This document shows, in pieces, positions 49,294-60,020 of a stretch of 64,000 nt of DNA; the stretch's first letter is position 1; each line of letters begins with the position of its first letter. The DNA is from a virus (taxonomy: Duplodnaviria; Caudoviricetes). The translations under genes were made by a program, and so were the position numbers. The stretch lies in the IMG/VR virus record IMGVR_UViG_3300022912_000005, positions 1 through 64,000 of that record; one strand, given 5' to 3'. The notes below the pieces were generated by a model. That model had not been told where the DNA came from. It saw only the letters and a list, made by a program, of their open reading frames with translations, and made no database searches.

Positions 49294-49689
49294 ATGAAGA
49301 AGTTTGATATAACACCCGTAGATGAGGGTGAATTAACTGAATCTGAATTGGTAGAGGTTTCAAACATTGAAAGTGTAGTAGATGAAGAGAATGTCAAGAA
49401 GTTCCCGTCACGGTTCAATATGGCACGATCATTTGCTATTCAGAGTTGGAAAGAGATAAAGTCACGAGTTAAATTAAAAAATGCACCACAATCAATTGAT
49501 GAGTCCAATCGAAGATGGGAGATATGTAAAACATGTCCATTTTTAGTATTTGATGAAACCAATCCCGATACTGGAAAGAAAGATGGTAGATGTATTCATT
49601 GTGGATGTTTCATGGCAATCAAAGTGCATTACATCACAGCTGAATGTCCAGAAGAAAAGTGGGATGAAAAAGAAAATGAAAATAAATGA
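49294..49689 (+). CDS. Cys-rich small protein (DUF6171-like)
   Basis: RWEICKTCP...CIHCGCFM..K...CPEEKW. Confidence 0.65.
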   Translation: MKKFDITPVDEGELTESELVEVSNIESVVDEENVKKFPSRFNMARSFAIQSWKEIKSRVKLKNAPQSIDESNRRWEICKTCPFLVFDETNPDTGKKDGRCIHCGCFMAIKVHYITAECPEEKWDEKENENK

Positions 49690-49696
49690 AGAAAAG

Positions 49697-49728
49697 TTGT
49701 TGACTTGCGACTTTTACCCTATATTTAT
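49697..49728 (+). promoter_or_regulatory. TTGTTG-N17-TATATTTAT promoter upstream of replication genes
   Basis: Same architecture as 27801-27832. Confidence 0.6.
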
Positions 49729-49801
49729 ATATACACTACGAATTAAGTGTAGTGTCAATAAACAATAAATAATAAAATAAAAAATAATAACAATAGGAGT
49801 T

Positions 49802-50602
49802 ATGATTATGGATGTAAATGCCGCAATTAAAAAGTTACAAAAATTACAAAACGTTACGAGCACAGCAAAGAACATTTGGAAACCTACTGGAAAATCAACT
49901 GTTAGAATAGTACCTTATAAATTCAATAAGGATAACCCATTTCTTGAATTATATTTTCATTATAATTTAGGTGATAACAAAACACATCTTTCACCAGTAT
50001 CGTATGGTAGACCTGATCCGATTCAAGAGTATGCTGATAAACTAAAAGCTACTGGAGAAAAGCAAGATTTTGTTGAGGGAAGAAAGCTTGAACCTAAAAT
50101 GAGAACATTTTTACCAATCGTCGAAAGAGGAAAAGAAGATGAAGGTGTCAAATTTTGGGGATTTGGTAAAACAGTATATACAGAATTGTTAGGTACTATT
50201 GCTGATCCTGAATATGGTGATATTACACGAATTGAAGAAGGTCGTGATATTAACATTGAAAAGCAAACACCACAACAAGCAAACAATCAATATGGGAAAG
50301 TACTAATTAGAGTTAGTCCTAGAGTGTCACCATTACATGAGGATGCAACGGTAACTAAATCATTATTAGAAGATCAGCTTGATATTAATGATGTGTATGA
50401 GGAACCTTCATATGATGAGTTAGATAGATTATTTAAGAATCTAATATCTCCAGAAGATGATGATTCTAATGGATCAAATGGTGAGAGTACGGAATCACAT
50501 GCAGAACCTGCTGGTGATGTTGAAACTACACAACCTGCACAAGCAACAACCGATCCAACAGAAGTTGGTGATGCGTTTGAACAAGCGTTCGGATCAAAAT
50601 AA
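49802..50602 (+). CDS. Single-stranded DNA-binding protein (gp32-like)
   Basis: IWKP...VRIVP, PFLELYFHY, VKFWGFGKTVY and GRDI motifs; acidic tail. Confidence 0.85.
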   Translation: MIMDVNAAIKKLQKLQNVTSTAKNIWKPTGKSTVRIVPYKFNKDNPFLELYFHYNLGDNKTHLSPVSYGRPDPIQEYADKLKATGEKQDFVEGRKLEPKMRTFLPIVERGKEDEGVKFWGFGKTVYTELLGTIADPEYGDITRIEEGRDINIEKQTPQQANNQYGKVLIRVSPRVSPLHEDATVTKSLLEDQLDINDVYEEPSYDELDRLFKNLISPEDDDSNGSNGESTESHAEPAGDVETTQPAQATTDPTEVGDAFEQAFGSK

Positions 50603-50635
50603 GGTTCACACTATAACCTCGTAGTTATGTAAACG

Positions 50636-50662
50636 AATATGCCCCCTTTGGGGGCATATTTT
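50636..50662 (+). terminator. Hairpin / terminator after ssb gene
   Basis: aatatgccccc-ttt-gggggcatatt perfect 11-bp stem, short T tract. Confidence 0.7.
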
Positions 50663-50697
50663 ACAACAATTTATAAATATATAATCAGGAGCTGTAT

Positions 50698-51798
50698 ATG
50701 TCAAAAACTAATACGGACACATTGGCTGGAGTCTTAGCCAATGATTTAAACAAACAATTTAAAGATAACGACAAAGTGGCGTTCTTTTTAGATGACGCAA
50801 AAGGATCACCTACTGATGTAGTTGATTTCGTTTCAACAGGATCATCAATTTTAGATTTAATAATTTCAAATAGAAAAAATGGTGGATTACCATACGGTAA
50901 AATAGTAGAGTTTCAAGGGTTAGAAGCATCAGGAAAATCATTAATATGTTCACATGTAATTGCTGAAGTACAGAAGCAGGATGGAATTGGTATATACATA
51001 GATACTGAATCTGCGGCATCTCAAGAGTTTTTAACTGCTATTGGAGTGGATAACAGTCAAATGTTATATTTGAGTTTTGATACGGTTGAAGATATTTTCA
51101 GTTCAATTGAAGCATTAGTAACAAGAATAAGATCATCAGATCGAGACAGAAAAGTTGTGATAGTGGTTGATTCTATATCAGCCGCATCAAGTAAAGTTGA
51201 AATGGAAGCTGATTTTGATCAAGCTGGTTGGGCAACTGCAAAAGCTATTATTATTTCAAAAGCTATGAGAAAATTAACACAAATGATTGCCAAACAAAAA
51301 ATATGCTTAATATTCACATCACAATTACGAATTAATCTTGGTGTATCATTTGGTGACAAATACATAACATCAGGTGGTAAAGCATTAGGATTTCATGCAT
51401 CAGTTATTGTTAGATTAACAAAATCATTAAAAATCAAAAACCCAAAAGGTGATATAATTGGAATTCAAGCGAAGGCTAAAATTCATAAAAATAGAATAGG
51501 ACCCCCATTACGAGAAACTACTATATTGATATATTTTGATCGTGGGATTGATGATATTAACGGATGGTTGCAATTTTTGAAGATTCGAAAGTTAGTAAAA
51601 TCAGGTGGGTCTTGGTACACAATTACACATCCAACTACAAAAGAAGACATTAAATTTCAAGCAAAAGATTGGGAAAATAAACTTAAAGATCCTGTATTGA
51701 AAAGTCATGTGTATGATATTATATGTGATGATTTAATATTAACATACAAAAAACGTGAAGATCGTAATTTAGATAATATTAACGTAGTAGATGAATGA
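50698..51798 (+). CDS. uvsX: RecA/UvsX recombinase
   Basis: STGS, GLEASGKS, YIDTE, VVDS and SGGKALGFHAS motifs. Confidence 0.95.
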   Translation: MSKTNTDTLAGVLANDLNKQFKDNDKVAFFLDDAKGSPTDVVDFVSTGSSILDLIISNRKNGGLPYGKIVEFQGLEASGKSLICSHVIAEVQKQDGIGIYIDTESAASQEFLTAIGVDNSQMLYLSFDTVEDIFSSIEALVTRIRSSDRDRKVVIVVDSISAASSKVEMEADFDQAGWATAKAIIISKAMRKLTQMIAKQKICLIFTSQLRINLGVSFGDKYITSGGKALGFHASVIVRLTKSLKIKNPKGDIIGIQAKAKIHKNRIGPPLRETTILIYFDRGIDDINGWLQFLKIRKLVKSGGSWYTITHPTTKEDIKFQAKDWENKLKDPVLKSHVYDIICDDLILTYKKREDRNLDNINVVDE

Positions 51799-51805
51799 GT
51801 AATGA

Positions 51806-52810
51806 ATGAATGCTAATGATAATATCTTAATTGTAGACGGATTCAACACCTTCAAGAGAGTATTTGCAGTCAATAGCTCAGTTAATTCAATTGGTGAGCA
51901 TGTTGGTGGTATTGTTGGATTTTTATATTCATTACGTAAAGCGATAAATATAATCAATCCAAGTAGATGTATCATTGTATTTGATGGAAAAGATGGGTCT
52001 AAATATAGACGTAAAATATATCCAGAATATAAGATGAATAGACGTAATAAACATAGTTACAATCGACATAAACAGTTCAGCACGGGCGTATCAGAAGAAC
52101 AACAAATCATAAATGAATTGAGACATTTAATTACATATCTGGAAGTGTTACCATTAAACATAATATCAATAGATGGTATTGAAGCTGATGACACGATAGC
52201 ATATATAGTGAATACTCTATCTCATGATAAAAATAAAACAACAATAATGTCTACAGACAAAGATTTCTATCAATTAATCAATGATAACGTTATAGTGTGG
52301 AGCCCAACTAAAAATATATTAGTTACTAAAACTGAAGTAAATGATGAATTTGGTATTATTCCAGATAACTTTATTGTATTGAAAACATTAATTGGTGATA
52401 ATAGTGACAACATATCTGGTATAAAAGGTGCAGGGTCAAAGACAGTGAAGAAGTATTTTCCAGAGTTATTTACGAGTGATGTTATGGATATGAAAGAGTT
52501 TTTCAAATATGCAAAAGAATGTAGTGTAGATTCTAAATTAAAAATACATGATAATGTGATTAATAATATTGATATATTAAAAAGAAATTATATATTAATG
52601 CAACTAAAAAACCCACCAGTGAATAATAGAAATAAATTGAAAATAACAAACATAGTGAATGGAGATATACCAGAATTGATAAAATATAAATTGCAAGTTA
52701 CATTCTTACAAGATAATCTATCATCAAATATAAAGAATTTTGAATCATTTATTAGATCATTTAATATATTACATTTTAATGCATGTGATCATAATAAAAA
52801 TATAACATGA
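51806..52810 (+). CDS. 5'-3' exonuclease / T4 RNase H-like flap endonuclease
   Basis: IVDG, VFDG, YPEYKMNR, EADD, STDKDFYQL and GDNSDNISGIKGAG motifs. Confidence 0.92.
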   Translation: MNANDNILIVDGFNTFKRVFAVNSSVNSIGEHVGGIVGFLYSLRKAINIINPSRCIIVFDGKDGSKYRRKIYPEYKMNRRNKHSYNRHKQFSTGVSEEQQIINELRHLITYLEVLPLNIISIDGIEADDTIAYIVNTLSHDKNKTTIMSTDKDFYQLINDNVIVWSPTKNILVTKTEVNDEFGIIPDNFIVLKTLIGDNSDNISGIKGAGSKTVKKYFPELFTSDVMDMKEFFKYAKECSVDSKLKIHDNVINNIDILKRNYILMQLKNPPVNNRNKLKITNIVNGDIPELIKYKLQVTFLQDNLSSNIKNFESFIRSFNILHFNACDHNKNIT

Positions 52811-54162
52811 AAAATATAGAATACTTAAAATATGGTTACAATTTCCAAATAAAATTAATTGTTGCACTGATGCTTGATAGAACGTTTTTAGAACAGATAT
52901 ATGATATATTGGATGTTAAATTAATAGAAGCTGAATCATTGAAATGGATATTTAAAAAAATGAAAACATATTTTGAAAAATATCAAAAGTCAATTACATT
53001 TGATATATTTAAAATTGAAATGGAAACAGATAAAGTATCTGATATAATAAAAAGTGACATTATAGATAAGCTACGAGATGTACATAAAAATTACAATGCT
53101 ACAGATTTGGATTTTATAAAAGATAAATCAGTTGAATTTTTTAAAAATCAAAATTTAAAAGGTGCAATAGTTGAGACTGCATCATTGATGGAAAACACAT
53201 CACAAGATTATGATAAAATAAGAACAATAATAAATAACGCATTAAATGCGGGAACAGAGAGAAACATAGGACATGAATATTTAACAATGATAACAGAAAG
53301 ATATGATGAAGAAAACAGAAATACAATACCAACACCCTGGTCACATTTTAATGAGGCTATGGATGGTGGTTTAAGTGCTGGTGAATTAGGTGTGATAGTT
53401 GCACCAAGTGGAGTTGGTAAGAGTTGGATATTACAAGCAATGGCGGCTCATATGATACAAGAAGGCAAGGATGTGGTGTATTACACAATGGAATTAAATG
53501 AGATATATGTTGGTAAACGAGTTGATAGTATATTGAGTGGAATAAATTATCAAGAATTAAAATATCGTGAAGATGAAATTCACCCGATAGTTAATAAAAT
53601 ACCAGGTAAGTTAACGATTAAATATTTTCCAACAAAGTATCCAACAGCACATACATTGTTGGCACATACTAAAAAATTAAGAGCAATGGGAATTGGATGT
53701 GATGCTATAATAGTCGATTATGCAGATATTATTAAAGATGCACAAGCCAATACTGAAATGAGACATGCATTAGGTAATATATATGAAGATTTGAGAGGTA
53801 TTGCTGGTGAATTAGAAGTACCTATGTGGACAGCATCACAAGCAAATAAGAGTGCATTACAAGATGACATAATTGAAGCTGAAAGAATTGCAGAATCATA
53901 TCAAAAGATAATGACAGCAGATTTTGTATTATCATTATCACGACATAAAGAAGATAAGATTGCAAATACTGGAAGGTTTCATGTTATAAAGAATAGATTT
54001 GGGCCTGATGGGATGTCATATAGTGCTGAAATTGATACCAATAAAGGTTATATACGAATATTAAAAGCATATAATGAAGTAAAGACGCTATCTCCAACAG
54101 AAACTAAAGCTTATCATGGAAAACGTCATAAAGAAATATTTGGTAAAGCTACTAGGAGTTAA
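52807..54162 (+). CDS. Replicative DnaB-like helicase (gp41-like)
   Basis: APSGVGKS, YTMEL, IVDYAD, WTASQAN and KNRFG motifs. Confidence 0.93.
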   Translation: MKNIEYLKYGYNFQIKLIVALMLDRTFLEQIYDILDVKLIEAESLKWIFKKMKTYFEKYQKSITFDIFKIEMETDKVSDIIKSDIIDKLRDVHKNYNATDLDFIKDKSVEFFKNQNLKGAIVETASLMENTSQDYDKIRTIINNALNAGTERNIGHEYLTMITERYDEENRNTIPTPWSHFNEAMDGGLSAGELGVIVAPSGVGKSWILQAMAAHMIQEGKDVVYYTMELNEIYVGKRVDSILSGINYQELKYREDEIHPIVNKIPGKLTIKYFPTKYPTAHTLLAHTKKLRAMGIGCDAIIVDYADIIKDAQANTEMRHALGNIYEDLRGIAGELEVPMWTASQANKSALQDDIIEAERIAESYQKIMTADFVLSLSRHKEDKIANTGRFHVIKNRFGPDGMSYSAEIDTNKGYIRILKAYNEVKTLSPTETKAYHGKRHKEIFGKATRS

Positions 54163-54167
54163 AGAAT

Positions 54168-56189
54168 ATGAATATAAAATCATTTAAATTATCAAAACAA
54201 TTTGTTGAAAGATATAAGAAAATAAATCCAGAATTTGGATTTGATGGTCTTGGTGAATTAGTGTACATGAGAACCTATTCAAGAATTAAAGACGATGGTA
54301 CAAATGAAGTGTGGTGGGAAACTGTACAACGTGTGGTTGAAGGAACCTACACCATGCAAAAGAATCATATTGAAAATTCTAATTTGGGTTGGAATGCATG
54401 GAGAGCACAGAAATCAGCACAAGAGATGTACAGACGAATATTCACTATGAAGTTTTTACCACCAGGTCGTGGATTGTGGGCAATGGGAACACCAATAACA
54501 GAGGAACGTGGATTATATGCCGCATTAAATAATTGTGCATTTGTTTCAACCAAAACATTAAAAGAAGATTTGTCAAAACCATTTTGTTTTTTGATGGATG
54601 CATCAATGTTAGGAGTTGGTGTTGGTTTTGATGTGAGAGGTGCTGAACAAATAATCATTAAACCACCTAGAGTATCATCATTAAAAGAGAAATATGTTGT
54701 TCCAGATGATCGTGAAGGTTGGGTTGAAAGTTTGAAATTATTACTTGATAGTTATTTCATGGGTACTGGTGAAATTGAATTTGATTATTCATTAATTAGA
54801 GCTGAAGGTGCTTTAATTAAAGGATTTGGTGGAGTGAGTAGTGGTGCAGGACCATTAAAAAAAGTACACAAAGACATTCGAAGAGTATTGAACGGTAATA
54901 TTGATGATCCAATAACGATTACCACGATTGTTGATATTATGAATTTAATTGGAACATGTGTTGTAGCTGGTAACGTGAGAAGAAGTGCTGAGATTGTATT
55001 TGGTGAAGCTACTAATGATGAATATATCAATTTAAAAAATTATGAAATGAATCCAGAACGAGAAGAATATGGTTGGACATCAAACAATTCAGTATTTGCT
55101 AATGTAGATACTGATTATTCACAGTTTGTTGATAGAATATGTGACAATGGTGAGCCTGGGATATTTTGGTTAGATAATGCAAGAAAATATGGTAGAATGT
55201 CAAATGGTCCAGACAACAAAGACTTTCGAGCTGATGGTACAAATCCATGTGCAGAGCAAGTATTAGAATCGTATGAATTATGTTGTTTGGTTGAAACATT
55301 TCCAGATAGACATGAATCATTAGATGATTTTTTAACTACTCTTAAATATGCATATTTATATGCAAAGACGGTGACTCTTGGTAAAACTCAATGGTCTGAC
55401 ACAAATAGAGTGATGTTGAGAAATAGAAGAATTGGATGCAGTGTGAGTGGAGTGGCACAATTTATATCACATCAGGGATTAACTACATTAAAGAAATGGT
55501 TAGATGTTGGATATAATGCAATTAAAGAGTGGGATGAGAAATATTCTGATTGGTTTGCAATACCAAAAAGCATTAGAGTTTCAAGTGTGAAACCAAGTGG
55601 TACAATCTCATTATTAGCTGGTGCAACACCAGGAATTCATTATCCAGAGAGTAGATTTTATATACGTCGAATTAGATTATCAAATACAAGCAAATTATTA
55701 ACACCATTGAAGAGAGCTGGATATGTTATTGAACCTGCATTTGGTAGTGAAGATTCTACAGTTGTAGTTGAGATTCCAATTGATGTTGGTGAAGGAGTAA
55801 GAACGTTAGATGACGTGGGGATGTATGAGCAATTATCATTGGCGGCATTTATGCAGAAGTATTGGTCTGATAATTCAGTAAGTTGTACAATTACATTTGA
55901 TAGGGAGACTGAAGGACCACTAATTGAACAAGCATTGAATTATTTTCAATATCAATTAAAGAGTGTTTCATTCTTACCAAAATTAGACAATACTACATAT
56001 AAACAAATGCCATATGAACATATAACTGAAGATGATTATAATACAATTACTAAGAAGATCAAGAAATTGAATTTCAAAAGCGTTAAAGGAAATGAAGCTG
56101 AGATTGATAGATTTTGTACAACAGATTATTGTGAATTAGGATCAGAAATTAGTGAAATAAAATCAACACAAAATGTAGGAAAAAAATAG
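54168..56189 (+). CDS. nrdJ: Class II (adenosylcobalamin-dependent) ribonucleotide reductase
   Basis: PPGRGLW, LNNC, GNVRRSA, TNPCAEQ, VKPSGT and C-terminal FCTTDYC; no small subunit gene adjacent. Confidence 0.92.
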   Translation: MNIKSFKLSKQFVERYKKINPEFGFDGLGELVYMRTYSRIKDDGTNEVWWETVQRVVEGTYTMQKNHIENSNLGWNAWRAQKSAQEMYRRIFTMKFLPPGRGLWAMGTPITEERGLYAALNNCAFVSTKTLKEDLSKPFCFLMDASMLGVGVGFDVRGAEQIIIKPPRVSSLKEKYVVPDDREGWVESLKLLLDSYFMGTGEIEFDYSLIRAEGALIKGFGGVSSGAGPLKKVHKDIRRVLNGNIDDPITITTIVDIMNLIGTCVVAGNVRRSAEIVFGEATNDEYINLKNYEMNPEREEYGWTSNNSVFANVDTDYSQFVDRICDNGEPGIFWLDNARKYGRMSNGPDNKDFRADGTNPCAEQVLESYELCCLVETFPDRHESLDDFLTTLKYAYLYAKTVTLGKTQWSDTNRVMLRNRRIGCSVSGVAQFISHQGLTTLKKWLDVGYNAIKEWDEKYSDWFAIPKSIRVSSVKPSGTISLLAGATPGIHYPESRFYIRRIRLSNTSKLLTPLKRAGYVIEPAFGSEDSTVVVEIPIDVGEGVRTLDDVGMYEQLSLAAFMQKYWSDNSVSCTITFDRETEGPLIEQALNYFQYQLKSVSFLPKLDNTTYKQMPYEHITEDDYNTITKKIKKLNFKSVKGNEAEIDRFCTTDYCELGSEISEIKSTQNVGKK

Positions 56190-56191
56190 AT

Positions 56192-56614
56192 ATGGAATTA
56201 AAAGTGAAAAGATTAACTCGACATGCTAGATTACCAGAAAAAGCACATGCTGATGATTTGGGGTATGATATATTTTCATCAGAACCTTATCAATTTGAAC
56301 CTGGTGATATTAGAACAATAAAGACTGGAATATGTATATCACCAAATAATAATTCATATGGGTGTATTATCAAAGATAGAAGCTCACTTGCTATGAAAGG
56401 GATGTTTGTACATGCTGGTATTATTGATGCTGGATATAGAGGTGAGGTAAAAATACTATTTCATAATGCATCAAAGAAGGCATATCAAATCGATACTGGT
56501 GATAAAGTTGCACAGTTGATTCCACATAAGATTATCAATTTTACAATTACTGATCAATATGATCTACATAACACAAAAAGAGGAGCTAAAGGCTTTGGAA
56601 GTACAGGTAAATGA
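56192..56614 (+). CDS. dut: dUTPase
   Basis: GYD, DRSS, GIIDAGYRGE, AQL and RGAKGFGSTG motifs. Confidence 0.95.
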   Translation: MELKVKRLTRHARLPEKAHADDLGYDIFSSEPYQFEPGDIRTIKTGICISPNNNSYGCIIKDRSSLAMKGMFVHAGIIDAGYRGEVKILFHNASKKAYQIDTGDKVAQLIPHKIINFTITDQYDLHNTKRGAKGFGSTGK

Positions 56615-56955
56615 ATATGGCAGTAGGTGATCCAACATGCCCAAAGTGTGGATTTTATTATGCACATACATATGATATTATGAATGGGCATCATGTATGT
56701 GTAATTGTGAATAAATCGGATAATAAAGATGATACAGTTGCAACAAAAATAGAACCAATACCACACGGTAAAGGTCCAAATATTCATGATCTATTGAAAG
56801 TTGATATTGAGGAACGTGCAATATTAGGAGAAAATAGATATGGAGAAAAATTAAAGCCATTCAATGGCAGAGAGGTACTAGTAGATGCATATCAAGAAGC
56901 TCTTGATTTGTCAGTATATCTACGACAATTAATATATGAAAAATATGGAGAATAA
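56611..56955 (+). CDS. Hypothetical protein, possible all-alpha NTP pyrophosphatase-like
   Basis: ERAILGENRYG...DAYQEALDLSVYL; N-terminal CPKC. Confidence 0.5.
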   Translation: MNMAVGDPTCPKCGFYYAHTYDIMNGHHVCVIVNKSDNKDDTVATKIEPIPHGKGPNIHDLLKVDIEERAILGENRYGEKLKPFNGREVLVDAYQEALDLSVYLRQLIYEKYGE

Positions 56956-56962
56956 AAAATAA

Positions 56963-59479
56963 ATGTATCAAAATATACACATTACAAGATTAAAAAACGC
57001 ATATAAAGTTCATCTATGGGATGATGCTGATGGATATTCAGAATATATACACAAAACATATGCATACGTAAAAAATACTAAGGGTAAATATCTATCATTA
57101 TATGGTGATAAAGTTAAAAAGGTTGACCATTGGAGTAAAGAAGACTTACAAGCAGGTAAGATATTTGAAAGTGATATCCCACCAGAAACACGAGTCTTAA
57201 TTGATAAATATGGTGAATCTGATGAAGTATCAATTAATCATAGAGAATTATATTTTGATATAGAAACTGAAGTAACACAAGGATTTCCTGATAAAAATAG
57301 AGTGGATAATAAAATAACATCAATAGCATTATATGATAAATCAAAAGATGCATATTGTGTATTTATCACATCAGAAGATAATTTAAATTATATAGAAGAT
57401 AATGTAACGGTGGAATCGTTTGATACTGAAGAATTAATGTTACATCGATTTTATGAAGAATATGTGACAATATCACCTACCATATTGAGTGGTTGGAATA
57501 TTGATGGATTTGATGTTCCATATTTATATAATAGAACGAATAGATTGTTTGGTGAAGAATATGCAAATTCACTATCTCCCATCGGAATTGTTCAATATAA
57601 TGAGTATAGTGATACATATAAAATTGCAGGAGTATCTTGTTTGGATTATTTAGCATTATATAAAAAGTTTGCAATTAAACAACAATCTTCATATCAATTG
57701 GGTGCCATTGGTCAACTTGAGGTTGACACAGGTAAGATTGAATATAGAGGATCATTGAATGATCTATATAAAAATGATATTAAAAAGTTTATTAAATATA
57801 ACTTAAATGATGTTGTAATTATTAAAAAATTAGATGATAAATTAAAATATATTGAAATTGCTATGGGTATTGCTCACATTGGACATGTGCCATATGATAC
57901 CATATATCATAGTAGTAGATATCTTGATGGTGCAATTCTTACATATTTGAAGAAAAATAATATAATAGCACCGAATAGAAAACAAATAACAAAAGAAGCT
58001 AAAGATTCACATTTCAGTGGTGCATATGTAAAAGAACCAATTCCTGGTAGATATGATTGGGTATATGATTTGGATTTGACATCAATGTATCCAAGCATAA
58101 TTATGTCATTAAATATATCACCAGAAACTAAAATAGGTAAATTTGAAAATTGGGATGATACATCTCTCATTGATGAAAATAAAGATGATCATATATTTAT
58201 AAAAACCGATGGTACTAAATATGAATTGACACATAGTAAGATGAGGGAAATACTTGATAATAACGAGATGACCATTTCATCAAATGGAGTGATGTATGAT
58301 AATGATCGAGTAGGAGTGATTCCTACAATATTGAACACTTGGTTTGATCAACGAGTGCATTATAGAAAGTTAATGGCACAATATGATGAGTCTGGTGATA
58401 TTAAACAGAGAGATTTTTATGATAAACGTCAACATGTTCAAAAGATTATATTGAATAGTTTGTATGGTGTATTAGGATTATCAGTATTTAGATTTTATGA
58501 TATTGATAATGCTGAGGCAACTACATTGACTGGTCAAGCTCTTATTAAATATACTCAAAAGATGGCTAATTATTATTATAATAATGAATTGAACGATGAT
58601 AAGGATCATGTAATATATACAGATACTGATTCAATATATTGTTCTGCTGTACCAATAATAAAGAATAGATTTCCTAATATAGATGTGTCAGATGATAAAA
58701 TTATGACAGAAAAAATATTGGATGTAACATCAAATGTGCAAACATTTATTAATAAAAGTTATGATATGTTTGCTGATAAACTTTTAAACTGTAAATCGCA
58801 TAAATTTAACATAAAGCAAGAAGTGATTTCAAAATCAGCATTTTGGGTTACTAAAAAAAGATATGGTCAATGGATTATAAATGATGGTGGGACTCCATGT
58901 AATAAATTAGATGTTAAAGGACTTGATATTGTTAAAAGTAATTTCCCAGTATCATTCAGAGGTATTATGACTAAATTGTTAAATGGGATATTAAATCATG
59001 ATCCTAAATCTCAGATAGATGATATGTTATCAAATTTTAAAATGAAAATGAAAACATTACCATTAAGTGATATTGCATCTCCAACTGGAGTAAATAATAT
59101 GAAAAAATTTAAACATAAACCTAGGACAATATATAATTCAAATATGATATTCACGAAGACTAAAAAAGGAGCACCAGCTCATGTCAAAGCTGCTATAGTT
59201 TATAATGATTTATTGGAATATTTTAAACTTACGAATATAGTACCAATTACTAGTTCAGATAAGATAAGATGGGTATATTTAATAGAAAATCCTCTAAACA
59301 TAGAACAGATTGCATTTAAGGGATATGATGACCCTGAAGAAATCATGAGTTATATTAATATGTATGTTGATCGTAATAAAATATTTAACAAATTATTGCA
59401 GAAAAAGATAGACATGTTTTATGATAGCATGAGTTGGGTATTTGTTGATACTCAAAATACATTAGAACGTTTTTTTTAA
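56963..59479 (+). CDS. Family B DNA polymerase (gp43-like)
   Basis: FDIET, GWNIDGFD, DLTSMYPSII, KIILNSLYG, YTDTDS and KKRY motifs. Confidence 0.97.
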   Translation: MYQNIHITRLKNAYKVHLWDDADGYSEYIHKTYAYVKNTKGKYLSLYGDKVKKVDHWSKEDLQAGKIFESDIPPETRVLIDKYGESDEVSINHRELYFDIETEVTQGFPDKNRVDNKITSIALYDKSKDAYCVFITSEDNLNYIEDNVTVESFDTEELMLHRFYEEYVTISPTILSGWNIDGFDVPYLYNRTNRLFGEEYANSLSPIGIVQYNEYSDTYKIAGVSCLDYLALYKKFAIKQQSSYQLGAIGQLEVDTGKIEYRGSLNDLYKNDIKKFIKYNLNDVVIIKKLDDKLKYIEIAMGIAHIGHVPYDTIYHSSRYLDGAILTYLKKNNIIAPNRKQITKEAKDSHFSGAYVKEPIPGRYDWVYDLDLTSMYPSIIMSLNISPETKIGKFENWDDTSLIDENKDDHIFIKTDGTKYELTHSKMREILDNNEMTISSNGVMYDNDRVGVIPTILNTWFDQRVHYRKLMAQYDESGDIKQRDFYDKRQHVQKIILNSLYGVLGLSVFRFYDIDNAEATTLTGQALIKYTQKMANYYYNNELNDDKDHVIYTDTDSIYCSAVPIIKNRFPNIDVSDDKIMTEKILDVTSNVQTFINKSYDMFADKLLNCKSHKFNIKQEVISKSAFWVTKKRYGQWIINDGGTPCNKLDVKGLDIVKSNFPVSFRGIMTKLLNGILNHDPKSQIDDMLSNFKMKMKTLPLSDIASPTGVNNMKKFKHKPRTIYNSNMIFTKTKKGAPAHVKAAIVYNDLLEYFKLTNIVPITSSDKIRWVYLIENPLNIEQIAFKGYDDPEEIMSYINMYVDRNKIFNKLLQKKIDMFYDSMSWVFVDTQNTLERFF

Positions 59480-59492
59480 AAAAGGAGTTAAC

Positions 59493-60020
59493 ATGATAAA
59501 ATATAACATAGCAAAAGAATTTAACTTTGATTATGGGCATAGGGTATGGCCTCAAAAACTAAATTCTGAATTTAGCTTAGATTGTGAATTGGCGTGTAGA
59601 CATTTACATGGACATAGAGGTACTGTAATTGTTCACTTAGAATCAGAGGAGTTGGATAACCAAGGAATGGTGACTGATTTTCATCATTTAAATTGGTTTA
59701 AGAAGTTCCTAGATGATGCAATTGATCATAAATTTATATTGGATAGAAATGATCCGTTGTTACTTGATTTATTTCCACTATTGGTATTGGAGGAAATGAA
59801 AGAATATGCAGTAGCTAACTTAAATGATGTACCAGTATTATTGTGGGAAATATATGAAGGATTAGTTATAGTTGATTTTATACCAACTTCAGAAAATATG
59901 GCAAAGTGGTTATTAGATATTGTTAGCCATAAAATGAAACCATTATCTGTATTGGTATCTCATATAGAATTTTTTGAAACACCAAAATCACAAAGTGTAT
60001 GTTATCAAGGAACTATGTAA
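59493..60020 (+). CDS. queD: 6-carboxytetrahydropterin synthase
   Basis: FDYGHR, CRHLHGH, GMVTDF, PTSENMA and ETP motifs. Confidence 0.92.
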   Translation: MIKYNIAKEFNFDYGHRVWPQKLNSEFSLDCELACRHLHGHRGTVIVHLESEELDNQGMVTDFHHLNWFKKFLDDAIDHKFILDRNDPLLLDLFPLLVLEEMKEYAVANLNDVPVLLWEIYEGLVIVDFIPTSENMAKWLLDIVSHKMKPLSVLVSHIEFFETPKSQSVCYQGTM

